A stretch of DNA of 60,803 nucleotides, counting the filler, from Basidioascus undulatus (taxonomy: Eukaryota): assembly GCA_000826855.1 (NCBI GenBank). It is 6 parts of 6 records of this genome, joined end to end, with 100 filler letters (N's around TTAATTAATTAA, not from the genome) between each part and the next. Parts side by side here need not be neighbours in the genome. Positions count along the whole stretch, not along the records: positions 1 to 27,132 come from JTLS01000170.1; 5 more parts are not named here. One strand, 5' to 3'. Of the stretch, positions 1 through 11,365 are shown piece after piece. Position 1 is the stretch's first letter, and every line of letters starts with the position of its first letter. The notes under the pieces are model-generated. The model was given only the letters and a program-made list of their open reading frames with translations, had not been told where the DNA came from and searched no databases. A program made the translations under genes and the position numbers.

Positions 1-2784
1 CCACGACATCTCACGACCACCCACCAACCCCAACGCCGCGTCCGCGACGTCCTCGCTCATCGCGTCCATCTCTATCCTCGTCGAGCTCATCCGGAAGAAC
101 AACGCCGACTTCTCCGAGCCGCACCTCTTCCACACACTCCGTAACCGCCTCATCAAGCTGCAGCAGGAGAAGAGCGGCGGGGGGCCGCTCGGGTCTTCCG
201 AGGGCACGGGAGCGGAGGAGGGCGACGCGATGGAGGGGCTCGAGGAGGCGATGAAGGAGATGAGCCAGCGGACGGGGATTGTTCACCTCGGCGCGATGCT
301 CGTCGCGCTCACCCGAAGATTGGGCGACTTTCAATCCCTCATCAAGTCGCCTCGGTCACTGGTGAGCTCTATCCAGATCATTGCGGGCGGCCGCTTAGCA
401 GGATTAGGAAATGGGTTTACTGACTTTGGAGGACATGCAGCGCGGCGAGATCAGCACGTCCCTCGGCCCGCTCCCGCCGCTGACGTTCGAGCGCTACCGG
501 ATCTGCGAGCTGTACGCGGAGCTGCTGCACTGCTCGAACATGGGCGTGCTCAACCGGCCGCTCGGCTTCGGGCCGGCGTACGACGCCGAGGGCCGGCTCA
601 CGGGCGGCCTGCACGCGCTCGAGGAGCTCGCCCGCGTCCTCGCTGATAGCGCGGGGGACGCGCCCGAGCAGCCGGAGGAGGGCCGGAGCTCGATGGAGGA
701 GATCCCCGTCGACGCGCCGCCTGAGGGCGAGGGCGAGGGCGAGGCGCGGCCTGACGCGCCCCCGGCGGAGTCGTCCAAACCGACTCCTGAGCTCGTGCCC
801 GGGGATCAACTAAAGCGAGCGTTTATGGACCAGCGCATCCTACCCACCATGATCGTGCGTCTCTTTTTCAGCCGTGATGTGCTTGGCTTGAAAGCTGTGT
901 AGGCGGACTGAGACGGGGAGAGCAGGACCTCTTCTTCGACTACCCTTGGAACAACTTCCTCCACAACGTCGTGTACGACATCGTCCAGCAGACGCTGAAC
1001 GGCCGCATGGACCGTGGCCTCAACCGCGAGCTCACCATCTCCCTCTTCCGCGATGGTCGGCTTGTAGAACGAATCTTGGAGGGGCAGAAGCGGAACGACG
1101 AGTCCGCGTGCGTGCCTTGCTACGCCATTCCTATCGGCCCGCTGCTGACGTTGGCTGTGATGTGCGTGACAGACATGGGACCAAGAAGATCCGCCTCGGC
1201 TACGCGGGGCACATGACGCTCATCGCTGAGGAGGTGGTGAAGGTCTTCGAGCGGCATCCCGTCGACGTGTTCGAGGCGGTGCGGGAGTACGTCCCCCAGC
1301 CGGCGTGGGACGAGTACGTCCGCGGGACGCTGCAGGAGACGAAGGAGCGCGACGCGCACCCGCTCGGCGGCGGCAAGCCCGCGCAGGCACCCGGCTCGAC
1401 CTCGACGCTTAGCCGCGGCGAGGACAGCGACGACGATGACGAGCTCGGCGGGGGCGTCATTGGCTCTGCTGCGCGCCCGCTCGGCATGGCCGACGACGAC
1501 GACACGGACTTTCCCAGAGTCAGCTTTGGCGCGCCAGGCGGCGCTGAAGCGGAGGCTGGTAACGACCAGGTACCTTGCTTGCACGCCGTAGAGAACCCTT
1601 CGCCCGGCTGACGCTGAGCTTTGGGTAACGACAGTTCGCTCGCTACCTCGTCCAGCAGATGTCAAGTTCGACCGACAAGTTCGGCTCTTCAGACGAAGAC
1701 GAGTCGTCCGACGACGAGGTGCGCATCGCCCTTCTTGTCCAGCTTTTAAGCTGTTTCAACGAGTCATCGCGCGTGTTCTGACCCGGACCAGCGCGGACAG
1801 GTGGCCGGTTGGCTCGGCGAGAGCGGATTCGATCCGCGCGATGGAGACTTTGACGTTTCCGATGCGCCTGGCTCGTCCACGACTCCGCGAGCACCGACGT
1901 TCGGCTTCGACGTATGTTGTCTTTCAGACTGTGCCGCTTATTTCGGCTGCTGATGATGTGGCTTCGCAGGATGCGTTCAAGCCTGGCTCGGACGACCCCT
2001 TCGCTGCCGGCGATGATGATGTGCGTTCTGCCCTCGACTTCTGCTCCTCATTTCGCCGCTTACTGACGTGCTGCTCTATGCAGGACGGCTGGGGACCGTT
2101 CGCGGACTCCGCCGCCGCACCCTCATCGTCGACTGCGTTCGGCTCCGACCCTTTCGGCACCGGCAACTTCGAGCCTTCCACGTCCTCTTCCGCCACCTTC
2201 GCCTCCTCCAGCGTGTCGCAGAACCTCACGCCCGCCGACTGGGCGCGAGACTTCCACGAGTCGCAAGATCGCTCGCTGACGATCCAGATTCCTGACTTTG
2301 GCAACGAGGAGGAGGACGAGGAGGACGACGCAGCTGCGGGTTGGGCGGGCGCGAGCGCCGATGCCGAGACGGTCAAGGCCGCCGAGGGCATCGCGGCGCT
2401 CAGAATCGAGGGCGGGCCCGAAGACTGGGAGACGCCGACGCCGCCTTCGGCGGAGGCCGCATCTTCAACCCCGCCGCCGCCGCCCACCGCCGCGGACGCA
2501 ACGGCGGCGTTCTCGCAGGAGCCGCTCGGTCCTGGCGTGTCTCCCGAGGCGGAAGTGACGGTTGACGGGCGGTTGACGCGGGAAGTCGAGGGAGAGACCG
2601 TGACCGTCCCGAAGGACGATTTGGTGCGTTCCGGCTGATCGCTGCTTGACTTTGAGGACGCGGCTGACGCGAGCGCGGTGGGTTGCTTTGGCAGGTGCTC
2701 TTGGGGGAGGCGGCGGCAGCGGAGGGCTCGGCACAACTGACACCAGACGATACTGCCAAGCTGCCACCCCCAGCTTCAAACTAG
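1..2784 (+). CDS. SAPS-domain protein (SIT4/PP6 phosphatase-associated regulatory subunit, SAP185/SAP190 family); 5' end lies outside the window; multi-exon
   Basis: Spliced translation gives family motifs ELIRKNNADFSEPHLFH, LGPLPPLTFERYRICELYAELLHCSNM, DLFFDYPWNNFLHNVVYDIVQQ and RLGYAGHMTLIAEEVVK, followed by an acidic low-complexity tail. The last intron is 2624-2694 and the stop TAG is at 2782-2784. Confidence 0.9.
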
Positions 2785-3149
2785 CATAGCGGCATTGGCG
2801 GATGAGATTGGAGACACAGCATTGATGCATTGCGGGCCGACACGACCCTTGACGTTGCACGCCAGCAGGCCTCAGTAAGGGATAGTGATCTGGGCTTGCT
2901 ACACTCTTCAAGCAACAGGATGAGAAGGGTGGATGCCTTGACGCAGCGCCTTTACGCTCTTCGTGACCTCGCCTAGGCGTAGCACGGCCCGCCACGTCGG
3001 ACCAAGAGAATCTCAGAGCCCTTCAGGGAGGACCGCTTCACATCCACACCTAGCACGTCGATTGGAGGGCAGATGTCCGCGTCATTGGACGGGGGGCACC
3101 TGAAGACTCCGTGGACGTTTTCTTAATCCTGACCACGCCATGTCCGTGC

Positions 3150-4355
3150 ACAGAGCCCACAGGTCGCCCTCCCCCTTCCCCCGTCCGAGGACGCCCGAAA
3201 CCTTTCTGCCGTTCGGCGTTCTGCGCGTAGATGTGAGGTGGTTCTCCTCAGAATTGTCATGTGGGCATAAAGTGCATAAAGTCAGTGCTCGAAGTCGCCG
3301 ACGCGCCCGCGGACTCGCGCGTGAAGGTGTCGTTGGGGAAGCAAGGGCACTGGGCATACGGTGCGGCAGCATTCAAAACTGAAAGGCGTGCAACTCAACA
3401 ATACTGCTCGTTCTCTCTCATGTTCAGCTTAGGTCTACGCGTATGCGCAGAGGGGATCATACTGGCGACGCCCATGATCGTCGCTAATACCTGCGCTCGC
3501 TCATCCTAGCGGTGTACCTAGACCCCGAAGAGCAGACAAAGTGCGTCTTAGCCCACAACTCTCCGCGAGCCTGCGCAGTACTGGCGCTCGATATCGGCCT
3601 CGATTCTGCCTGGATTCGAAGGGTCAGCGATCGTGCGTCGATGCGGGAGACAGAAGAGTGAAGTAATAGGGCGCATAACTAACACGCTGAAACTTCTTGA
3701 CCTTGATCCAACCGAGGAGGCAGATATCTGGCTTCCGCTCGGGGCGGTGCGCTGGAAGGTAAGCAGGCCCTTCTCGAAATTGTCTAGATACAAGAGCGTA
3801 AGATTCCGCAGGCAAGGACGAGATGAATGATGCTGACAATCACTGAACCTCCAGGAAGAACACTGCGGGAAGACAAGTCAGCCAGCGCGTACGATTCGCT
3901 TGTTGGGCTCACCAGACACGCCATGGAAGCAGACGCACCCGAGCGAGGCGTCTGGGATGGTCTTGACGACAGTGACAGAGTTCTGGGCGCTGCACTGCAC
4001 GCGGGGGCGAGAGCATGTACGCGATGTGGGTGTTCAAGCTCACTGTTCAAGCTCATGCCTTCCACGCGCAGTGCACCGCCCAGAAATCACTCACCGTCGT
4101 GAAGACTCTCCTCGACGTGTCGCTCGGATGCGCCTTTGTCGCGTTGTCTGACAGACGCGTCGCGTCCTGATTCTCAGTACGGTCTCCGTTCCGGCTGCCA
4201 TCCCGCCCTCGGAACGGCCTCAACATTGAATCCGTCCTCCTATTGGTCTCGAAAAGACCGGTGGCCATATCCCCCGGTTACAGAAAGCTCGGGACACATC
4301 GTCACGATCGAAAGGTAAGCGCATCTAGCGTATGTACTGGGCTTGCGCGAACGTG
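3150..4355 (-). pseudogene. HOP1: Degraded, internally deleted and partly inverted tandem copy of HOP1, including its upstream region
   Basis: Segments match the intact gene: 3690-3798 to 8500-8608 (DNF..TxQRTAPSGSQ, with a 1-bp frameshift), about 3915-4000 to 8740-8825 (CTVQNSLTVVKT..DASLGC), about 3305-3328 to 7445-7468, about 3158-3176 to 6437-6456, and about 4303-4350 to 9170-9215 (upstream region). Segment 3464-3547 matches 8287-8372 in inverted orientation. Confidence 0.88.
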
Positions 4356-4813
4356 AACATGACAAGCAAAAGAAGCGTTCCCAGTTCAAGCGATATCAGT
4401 TGTTAGATTGAGGGATGTGATAAGGCAGATAGTCGAGTTTGAGTGGTTTGGAAGCTGTGATGTGCGGAATGGTGGTGGTGCGGCGACAAGCGGCGAGCGC
4501 GCGATTGACCGCAGTTTTTCAACGACGGAGTCCGCTGCCTTCCGTCTCTCGCGCCTGGAGGCGTCTGCTTTTATATTTTTATATTTCCGCGTTTGTTTTC
4601 GACAAGGACTAGGAACTTCTGAAAAGCAAACTGTGCTTGAATCGACCGAGTTCGCTGCATGGCCAGGTTGCCAACGCCCGCTGGAAGATGTGTTCATGCT
4701 TCACTTCGAGCCTCCGAACGCCTCAACGATATGTCATACGATCCAAAGTTGGGTCTCTCAAAACGATGCTCCTCCCCTCCTCTCCATCTCCTCCCTTCCG
4801 AGCAAACTTTTGT

Positions 4814-7800
4814 TCAGAGCTCGAGGTCTACTCCCGGTGATTTCGACACCTTCACCTTCTTCTTCTCCCCCTTTCCCGCCGCCGCCTCCGCCTTGCGTTT
4901 CGACAATGACGACGTCGGCGGGGGGAGGGTGTCCTGCGTCTGGCTCCCGTCGTCGGCCTCGAGCGCCGCGGCCGGCTGGAAAGGGTCCGCAGCCGTTGTC
5001 GGCGCGCGCGCCTTGCTCTTCCCGAAGGCGGGGACGAACTTCTTCGGCGGCGCGGCGGGAACGGCGGGAGGCGCGTTCTCGCGGCCTGCGGGAGGAGCGG
5101 GGGGTTGCTTGGCGGACCTGTGGGGATGAAGTGATTGGGATTGGGTCAGCGGGCGGGGCGGACGGACGGGCGAGAGACAGTCGGAACACTCACGACTTGG
5201 ACGTGCCGACGTAGTTCGCCGGCGTCGGAGAGAGCACGAAGGTGGGGTCGATGAAGCTGTTCTCCTCGTCGAGCGGATGTTCCGCCGCCTCAGCAGCTGG
5301 GCCCGTAGCGCTCTGTACAGAATACAATCGTCTGCGTCAAATACAGCTTCGCTCGGGCGGGCACGAGCACGAACGTACCTTCTGCGCCTCCTCGCCGTCG
5401 AAGATCAGCCCGTGCTCGATGCCGCCCTCGGTCAGGTCGAAGTACCTTCCGCCGTCCATCACGCGGTCAGTATGTATGGGCGCCTCGCAGAAGGTCAGTT
5501 ATCGACGTACTGCTGCGAAAGCGTCGTAAAGTCCGAGCTGAGCTTCGCGCGCGTCTTCCGCGCCTTGTTCCTCCTCGTCCCGGCCGCGCCCTTCCTGCCG
5601 CCAGCGCCCTTGCCCTCGCTCTCGAGGAGGCCGACGCCGTCGCCCGTGCCGGTGACAATCTCTCCGTCGGTCAGGAAGCCTAGAGCGGCGGGAAGAGAAT
5701 GGTAGACAAGCCTCAGGACCCTGCGGAGGCTGGAGACTGTAGAACATCGCTCACCCTCATTCTTAAGACGCTTCGAGACCTGGTAAGCCGTCGGCATGTC
5801 GGTGCCTGTCCAAAGCCTCATCAGCGTACGCCTCCTCGTCGCATCAACGAACAGCTGACTGACCAAGGCGCGCGCGGAACTTCTCCGCGTTGTCGAGGAT
5901 GCCGCCTTCCACCACGATCTTGATCGCGCGCCTGCCATCCCATTCATTCCTCAGCCTGATAGTCGGATACGGGAAAGAGCGGACAGACGAACCTGAACAG
6001 CGCGAGCCCGCCGAGGACGGAGAGCTTGGACTGGAGCGCGGCGAGGTCGGCCATCGTGAACTTGGCTGGGTCGGAGAGGCGGCAGCGGTAGCAGTGGAAC
6101 GTCCCGTCCTTGAGGCGCCGGTCCGACGCGCTGTGGTACCTGCATGGGAGGCGAAGAGAGTGAGCAGCTCGAGAGATGGACGTCTGGGTGGTGGCGCATA
6201 CCCGTAGCACCTGTCGACGCCGATACTCCATCAGCAACGTTCAGCGGAGCATCGGAAAGAGAGGACGAACCAGACGTGCGCCCCTACAGCCCATTTGAAC
6301 GCAGTCAGTAGCAGCGAGAGGGGATAGAGGATCCAACGAAGTACGTACAGTCCGAGCAGCCGTCGCACTGGACCCTGCAAGCGGTGAGGTGAAAGGTCAG
6401 CAACAGCGCCTCGCGAATTTCGCACCTCGCGCAAACGCACATATCGCCCTCCCCCTCCGGGCTGCCGCACACGCAGAGCTCCGAACCCTCCTCGCTCTCC
6501 TTCGTGCCCGGCTTCTCCTTGCCCTTGCCCTTGCCCTTGCCGCCAGTCGCCGTGTCCACATCCATAGCGTCCGCGGCGGGCGCGGAGAATGATCCGATGG
6601 CGTCGTCCGTCGGGCTCGGAGCGGGGACGGGGCCGAACGACGAGATGGCGACGGGCGCTGCGGCGGAGGAGCTGAAGGACGCGATGGGGTCGTCGTCGAG
6701 CGTGGGGGTGCGCTTGGTCGGGAGGGGCGCGGGCTGGGTGTCCATCTCTGCTTGACCCCGCACCGCACATCAGTGTGGGACGGCGCAGGAGGGAGGAAGA
6801 AAACGTTGCGGAGAACGCACCAACAAGCTGGGTCTCCCCCTCCATTACGACATCTTCCTGCCCGGCGGAAGCGTCCTCCATCTCCGTGTCCTCCCGGCCC
6901 ACGCCCACAGCCGCGCTGGCGGGCGTCGGCGGCGGCGGCATGAGCTGCGAGGCGATGCGGCGGGCGTCGAGCTGGCTCGGCGCCGGAGGGGGCGGGCCGC
7001 CCGGGACAGGGGACTCCTCGGGCTGCGTCGGCACGAGCTGCTGCGACTGAGACGGCTGGGAAGGGGCGGGTTCCTTCTGCGGGGACCAAGGGCAAGGCAT
7101 AAGCCGCAGACGCTCAACGGGCGACTCCCGAAAGAACAAACACGCACCTCCACGACCTTCCTCTTCTGTGCGTTCCTCGCCCTGCGCGCCTTTACAAACT
7201 CCTCCTCCAGCACCTGCACGACCTCCCCGTCCTCTCCCCTCATGCCAAGCGGCCTCTCCATGTCCTCCTCCTGCACCTGCGCGTCCGGGGGCGGAAGCGC
7301 GACGGGCCCGACCTCGTCCCCGTCCCAGAGGACCTTCCTCCTCGCGGCGTCGCGCTTCTGCAAGTCGATGTTGGACTTGCGCACGGCGTCGCGCTCCGCG
7401 GCGGCGCGCCACTGCGCGGCCGCGGGAGCACGCGGGGGGGTGTCCCCCGCGGACTCGCGCGCGAAGGCGTCCGCGTCGGACGCGAGGTCGAGGTGCGCGT
7501 CGAGGTGCTGCGGGAGGCGCTCGACAATCGAGGCGATCTGGACGGAGACGCTGAGGCGGCGGGGGGGAGAATAAGAGTGAGCTGGTCAGGGAAGGGAGGA
7601 GGGAAAGGGGAAATGAGAAGGAAGACGCACCCGTGGTGCCCCGTCTGGACTGAGCCGAGGGGGAAGCGCTCCGGCGCTTCTTCAATAGAGTGCGTGCCGA
7701 ACTTGAAGGCGTCCTGTGGGAGTAGAGATTAGAACAGTGTTCAGCGGCGTACCAGGCTCTGGATGGGCCGTAGCGCACCTTGACCGGGTCGACCGCGGAG

Positions 7801-9103
7801 AAGTGCGGCGGCTCGTAGTGCTCCGGCGTGTCGTCGGTGTAGAAGATCTGTCGCAGTGGCTGATCAATCGATGCAGCCTCGAGTTGCAAGGGATGAGAAC
7901 GCACCTTGAGCGTGAGGAACCGGCGGCCTATCACCACTCAACAACGTCAGTACTCTCGCCTCTAAAGAGACCATGCAGATGCCCCAAAACTTACGCGGCA
8001 GCTCCGGCAGCGCCTGCGTGAGCATGATCAGACGCTTAATAAGCTCCTTGACGCTCTTCCTGACCTCGCCGAGCGTCGGCGACGCGTCGGACGCCGACGC
8101 GAGCATGAGGTTCCGAATCTGGTCGTGGATGCTCATGCTCGGCGCGCGCCGGCCTGTGTCCGCCCCGTCCGCGGAGACGACTTTGCGGTACTCGAACTGG
8201 AACGCGTAGGACTCGACGATGCTGGGGGTGCGTGGGCTGGGTCAGTACAGAGGGCGAGGAGGTAAGGATGGGGTGAGAGAGAGGGAACGTACTTGGTCGG
8301 GTCCTCGGGGTCTAGGTAGACGGCGAGGATAAGCGAGCGGAGGTACTGCCGCTCAAGGGCGTCGCCGACGCCGCGCTCGACCCAGTCGAGGACGGTGTCG
8401 GCCTCGGTGCTGCATGTTACGAGCGAGAGTTCAGCGGATGTACATTCGCGGCGGCGGAAGGGAGGGGAAGGAGAAAGACGCACGTGTAGCCACGACGGAT
8501 CTTCTTGATCTTGATGCCACCGGACGAGGCGGACATCTGGCTCCCGCTCGGCGCGGTGCGCTGGGAGGTGAGGCGGTCCTCCTCGAAGTTGTCTAGGCAC
8601 AAGAGCGTCCAAGGTCAGTACACATGGGCGAGAGGGAAGGCGCGCGGAGCCTGACGGACCTTCAGGGAGGAGGCCGCTGTCCAGGTGGGGGAAGACGGGG
8701 CGTCAGCGCGTACGCGAGATTCGCTCATCAGGACGGCCAAACGCACCGGAGGAAGCAGATGCATCCGAGCGAGGCGTCGAGGAGGGTCTTGACGACCGTG
8801 AGGGAGTTCTGGACCGTGCACTGCGCGGAGAAGGCAGGGGCGTGAGCTCGAACGGCGATGTGGACGGGATGGGATCGCACGGCGTACGGCCTCGGTCGCG
8901 GTACCCTGCGCTTGAGACTGTGCCTTGCGCTTCTCCTTCGCCTTGGTACGCTGCTCAGACGCGATGCGGATGAGGGGATCAGCTTCGCCCACTCGACTGC
9001 GGGTCGTGCGCCTCGCATACACCCCGCCCCTCCGATAGGCGCGTCGCGTCCGGGGAACGCGTCCCCTGGCTCTGCGAAACGGTACCATCCTCATGGAATC
9101 CAT
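4814..9103 (-). CDS. HOP1: Meiotic chromosome axis HORMA-domain protein Hop1 (HORMA, S/TQ cluster, PHD finger, probable winged helix, C-terminal closure motif); many introns
   Basis: HORMA motifs are ASLGCICFLR, LDWVERGVGDALERQYLRSLILAVYLD, LIMLTQALPELP, IFYTDDTPEHYEPPHF and LGSVQTGHH. An SQ/TQ-rich linker follows. The PHD reads CVCG..EGDM/VQCDGC..HVW..FHCYRC. The C-terminus is KKKVKVSKSPGVDLEL* (TGA 4814-4816). The start codon is uncertain among 9103, 9094 and 9088. Confidence 0.92.
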
Positions 9104-10953
9104 CCTCTCAATCACTCTGAAAAGCTATCCGCCACCGCCCTCGGAGCCAGGACAGACGCGACGCGTTGACACGATCGAAAGAGAAGCGCGCCGAGCGTAC
9201 GTGAGCTTGCGCGAGCATAGTGAGTAGTCTTGTGCAGTCCAGACAAAGTCAGTCGAGTCGTTGAATTCGAGATAAATAGATATGAATGTTCGATGAGCGA
9301 GCGGTCTGAAAGCTCTGTGGATTGTCAGCGAGTCGAGACGGTGGTGGTGGTGCGGAGACAAGCGGCAACGTTGGCCGCTCGAAGTGGAGCCTGGACGACG
9401 AAATCCGCTGCCTCCCGTCTCCGCTCCGCGTTGTGTCTTTCTCTAAGTAAAATACGCGTTTCTTCCGTATATTCACCTTTCATCGCCCAATTCTGCTCGA
9501 CGATCGTCCCCACCGAAAGCAAAGCTGCCAGTTGAAAAGCCCACAGCGCCGTTGCACGTCCCCTTCCACACAGCCTGGCAGCTGGCAGCGAGCGAAACTG
9601 TGAGTGCCCTGTCAGCGCCCGCCCCGGTCCGCCCTCCTTCCACCTTGCTGTAGCTACAGAATACACCTTTACACACCTCCATCCCACTCCATCCGCCTCA
9701 ACATGGCCCCGACCACCCGAAATGCCAGCAAAAAGACGCTGGCGGCGACCGTCAGCGGTGGGTCTTCCGGTCCCAGAATCCTCGATTCTGATCTGTTTCC
9801 CATGGCATACTCCTTCTCGTACACACGCCGCCCAAGCATCCTACCTGCGCACCGTCCAACCCCTCCCCGACACGGCCGACTGCGTCCTCTCCACCCACCC
9901 CTGGGTCCACCGCCGCCACCGCCACCCGCCCCGCCCGCCCACACCGGCGCAAAGACCTCATGCGCGGCCACTCCTTGCCGCCTCGCCGCCACTTGAAGGA
10001 AGGGGGTTGATGTTGAGGGCTTCCCGAGGGCACGACGCGGGAACGCTCCTTAGGCAGTATATCAGATCTTCAAAAGCTAATTCAGAGCACTTTGCTCATG
10101 CGGAGTACAATTGCAGGGAGGCAAGGCGGGTAGGAACGTCCTTGTGGTCGTGCAACTAGGCGAGAAGTCAGGCAAACAGTGTTCAAACGCCGGAAGTACT
10201 GGGTGTCTGGTATGTCCTCCGGATATGCAAATTTACTGCCTGTAACATATCAGAACCCTTGTGCGGAGACGAGGCTCAGTCAAGCAGTTCCAACGTACTC
10301 TCATGGTAGAGACGCAGAGCCCAGCCATCGCGGAATTTTGGGTCAAGCGCAAACGGCACCTCAGTATTTCTTCTTGGTTGCCCTCCAACTCTTTCGCCAT
10401 CTAAACAGGAACCTCTCTCAGGCGGTGGGCGGCGATGCTTCCTTGCACAACTCTCTCATCCAGAGCGTTAACCCGTCAATGAGATCGTGTTCCCCCAGCA
10501 ACTGTACGTGCTTACCCTATCTCAAGTATTGACACTATGCGGCGCACTGGCATTTGTGCGCTCCATATTCCTAGTTGCCAGTGCCCTGCCGTTTTGCCGA
10601 AGAGGAGGAAGTGTTGTGTTGCCTCATGGAAAGGTTCGCGAGGCAGAAATTGGCATCGCGGCCTCCCTTTCATATCCATAAACCTTCGACTATTATTTGT
10701 TTCGCTTGAAGGGGTTTAAATGGGGTTTCGGCTTCATCGTGTGCATAGACGCGCCCCGCGTCTTACTCTTGACCTGCTCCCCAGCACTGCAAGCGATAAC
10801 ACGGCGCCTCATTGCCAACATGCACTCTTTCTTTCTGGCTGTTCAAGTGCCATAACCCCGTAACTACCTCAAATACAGCCAGCCGTCGTCGTCGTCCGGA
10901 CTCCATGCTGCACAGATGGTCGCATGGCAGCCGAGTACTGCTTGATCTGCAGC

Positions 10954-11365
10954 CAGTGTTGCCTACCCCTACCCGGTAGGTTAGGACGCTCCTACTCGAA
11001 CTACTCCGTAGGGGTAGGAGGGGTAGGGGGTAGGTAGATCCTGGTAGGTCCGGCCGTGCCCAGCTGGAGCTGGTGGGGGCACGGACCCGACAGTTTGTCA
11101 AGAGGCTGACAAGCTGACCTTCGGAATGTTCGTTTTTTTTCCTGTTCCAACGTCGTCCGTTCTTTCTGTTTAATTCAACCAAGCTGTAGCATAGGTTCCT
11201 AAAAATTTCCGCAGTGCAGAAGACGGCAACAGGGGCAACTGCAACTGAGACTCGGCAAGAACCGGCGATAGAGGACCTACCCCCCTACCGGGGTTAGGTA
11301 GGAAAGGAAAGTAGGGGGTAGGTAGGTAGGACGACCCCGACCTACCGGCTTACCGCGCAACACTG
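10954..11365. mobile_element. Non-autonomous hAT-superfamily DNA transposon (MITE), 412 bp
   Basis: Perfect 9-bp TIRs CAGTGTTGC (10954-10962) and GCAACACTG (11357-11365). Flanking 8-mers TCTGCAGC (10946-10953) and CCTGCAGC (11366-11373) match at 7 of 8 positions, consistent with a TSD. Both subterminal regions are packed with CCTAC/GTAGG motifs. No transposase ORF. Confidence 0.88.

Noticed and set aside
6231..7937. Long ORFs in the track, such as the 568-aa ORF here, 25083-27188, 58803-60140 and 16492-17607
   Set aside because: They are off-frame or antisense shadows of GC3-rich spliced genes, or read through introns. They are not independent proteins.
9702..10532. Possible gene divergent from HOP1 (MAPTTRNASKK...)
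   Set aside because: The start context is plausible, but I found no consistent splice path or recognisable domain. It may be another remnant.
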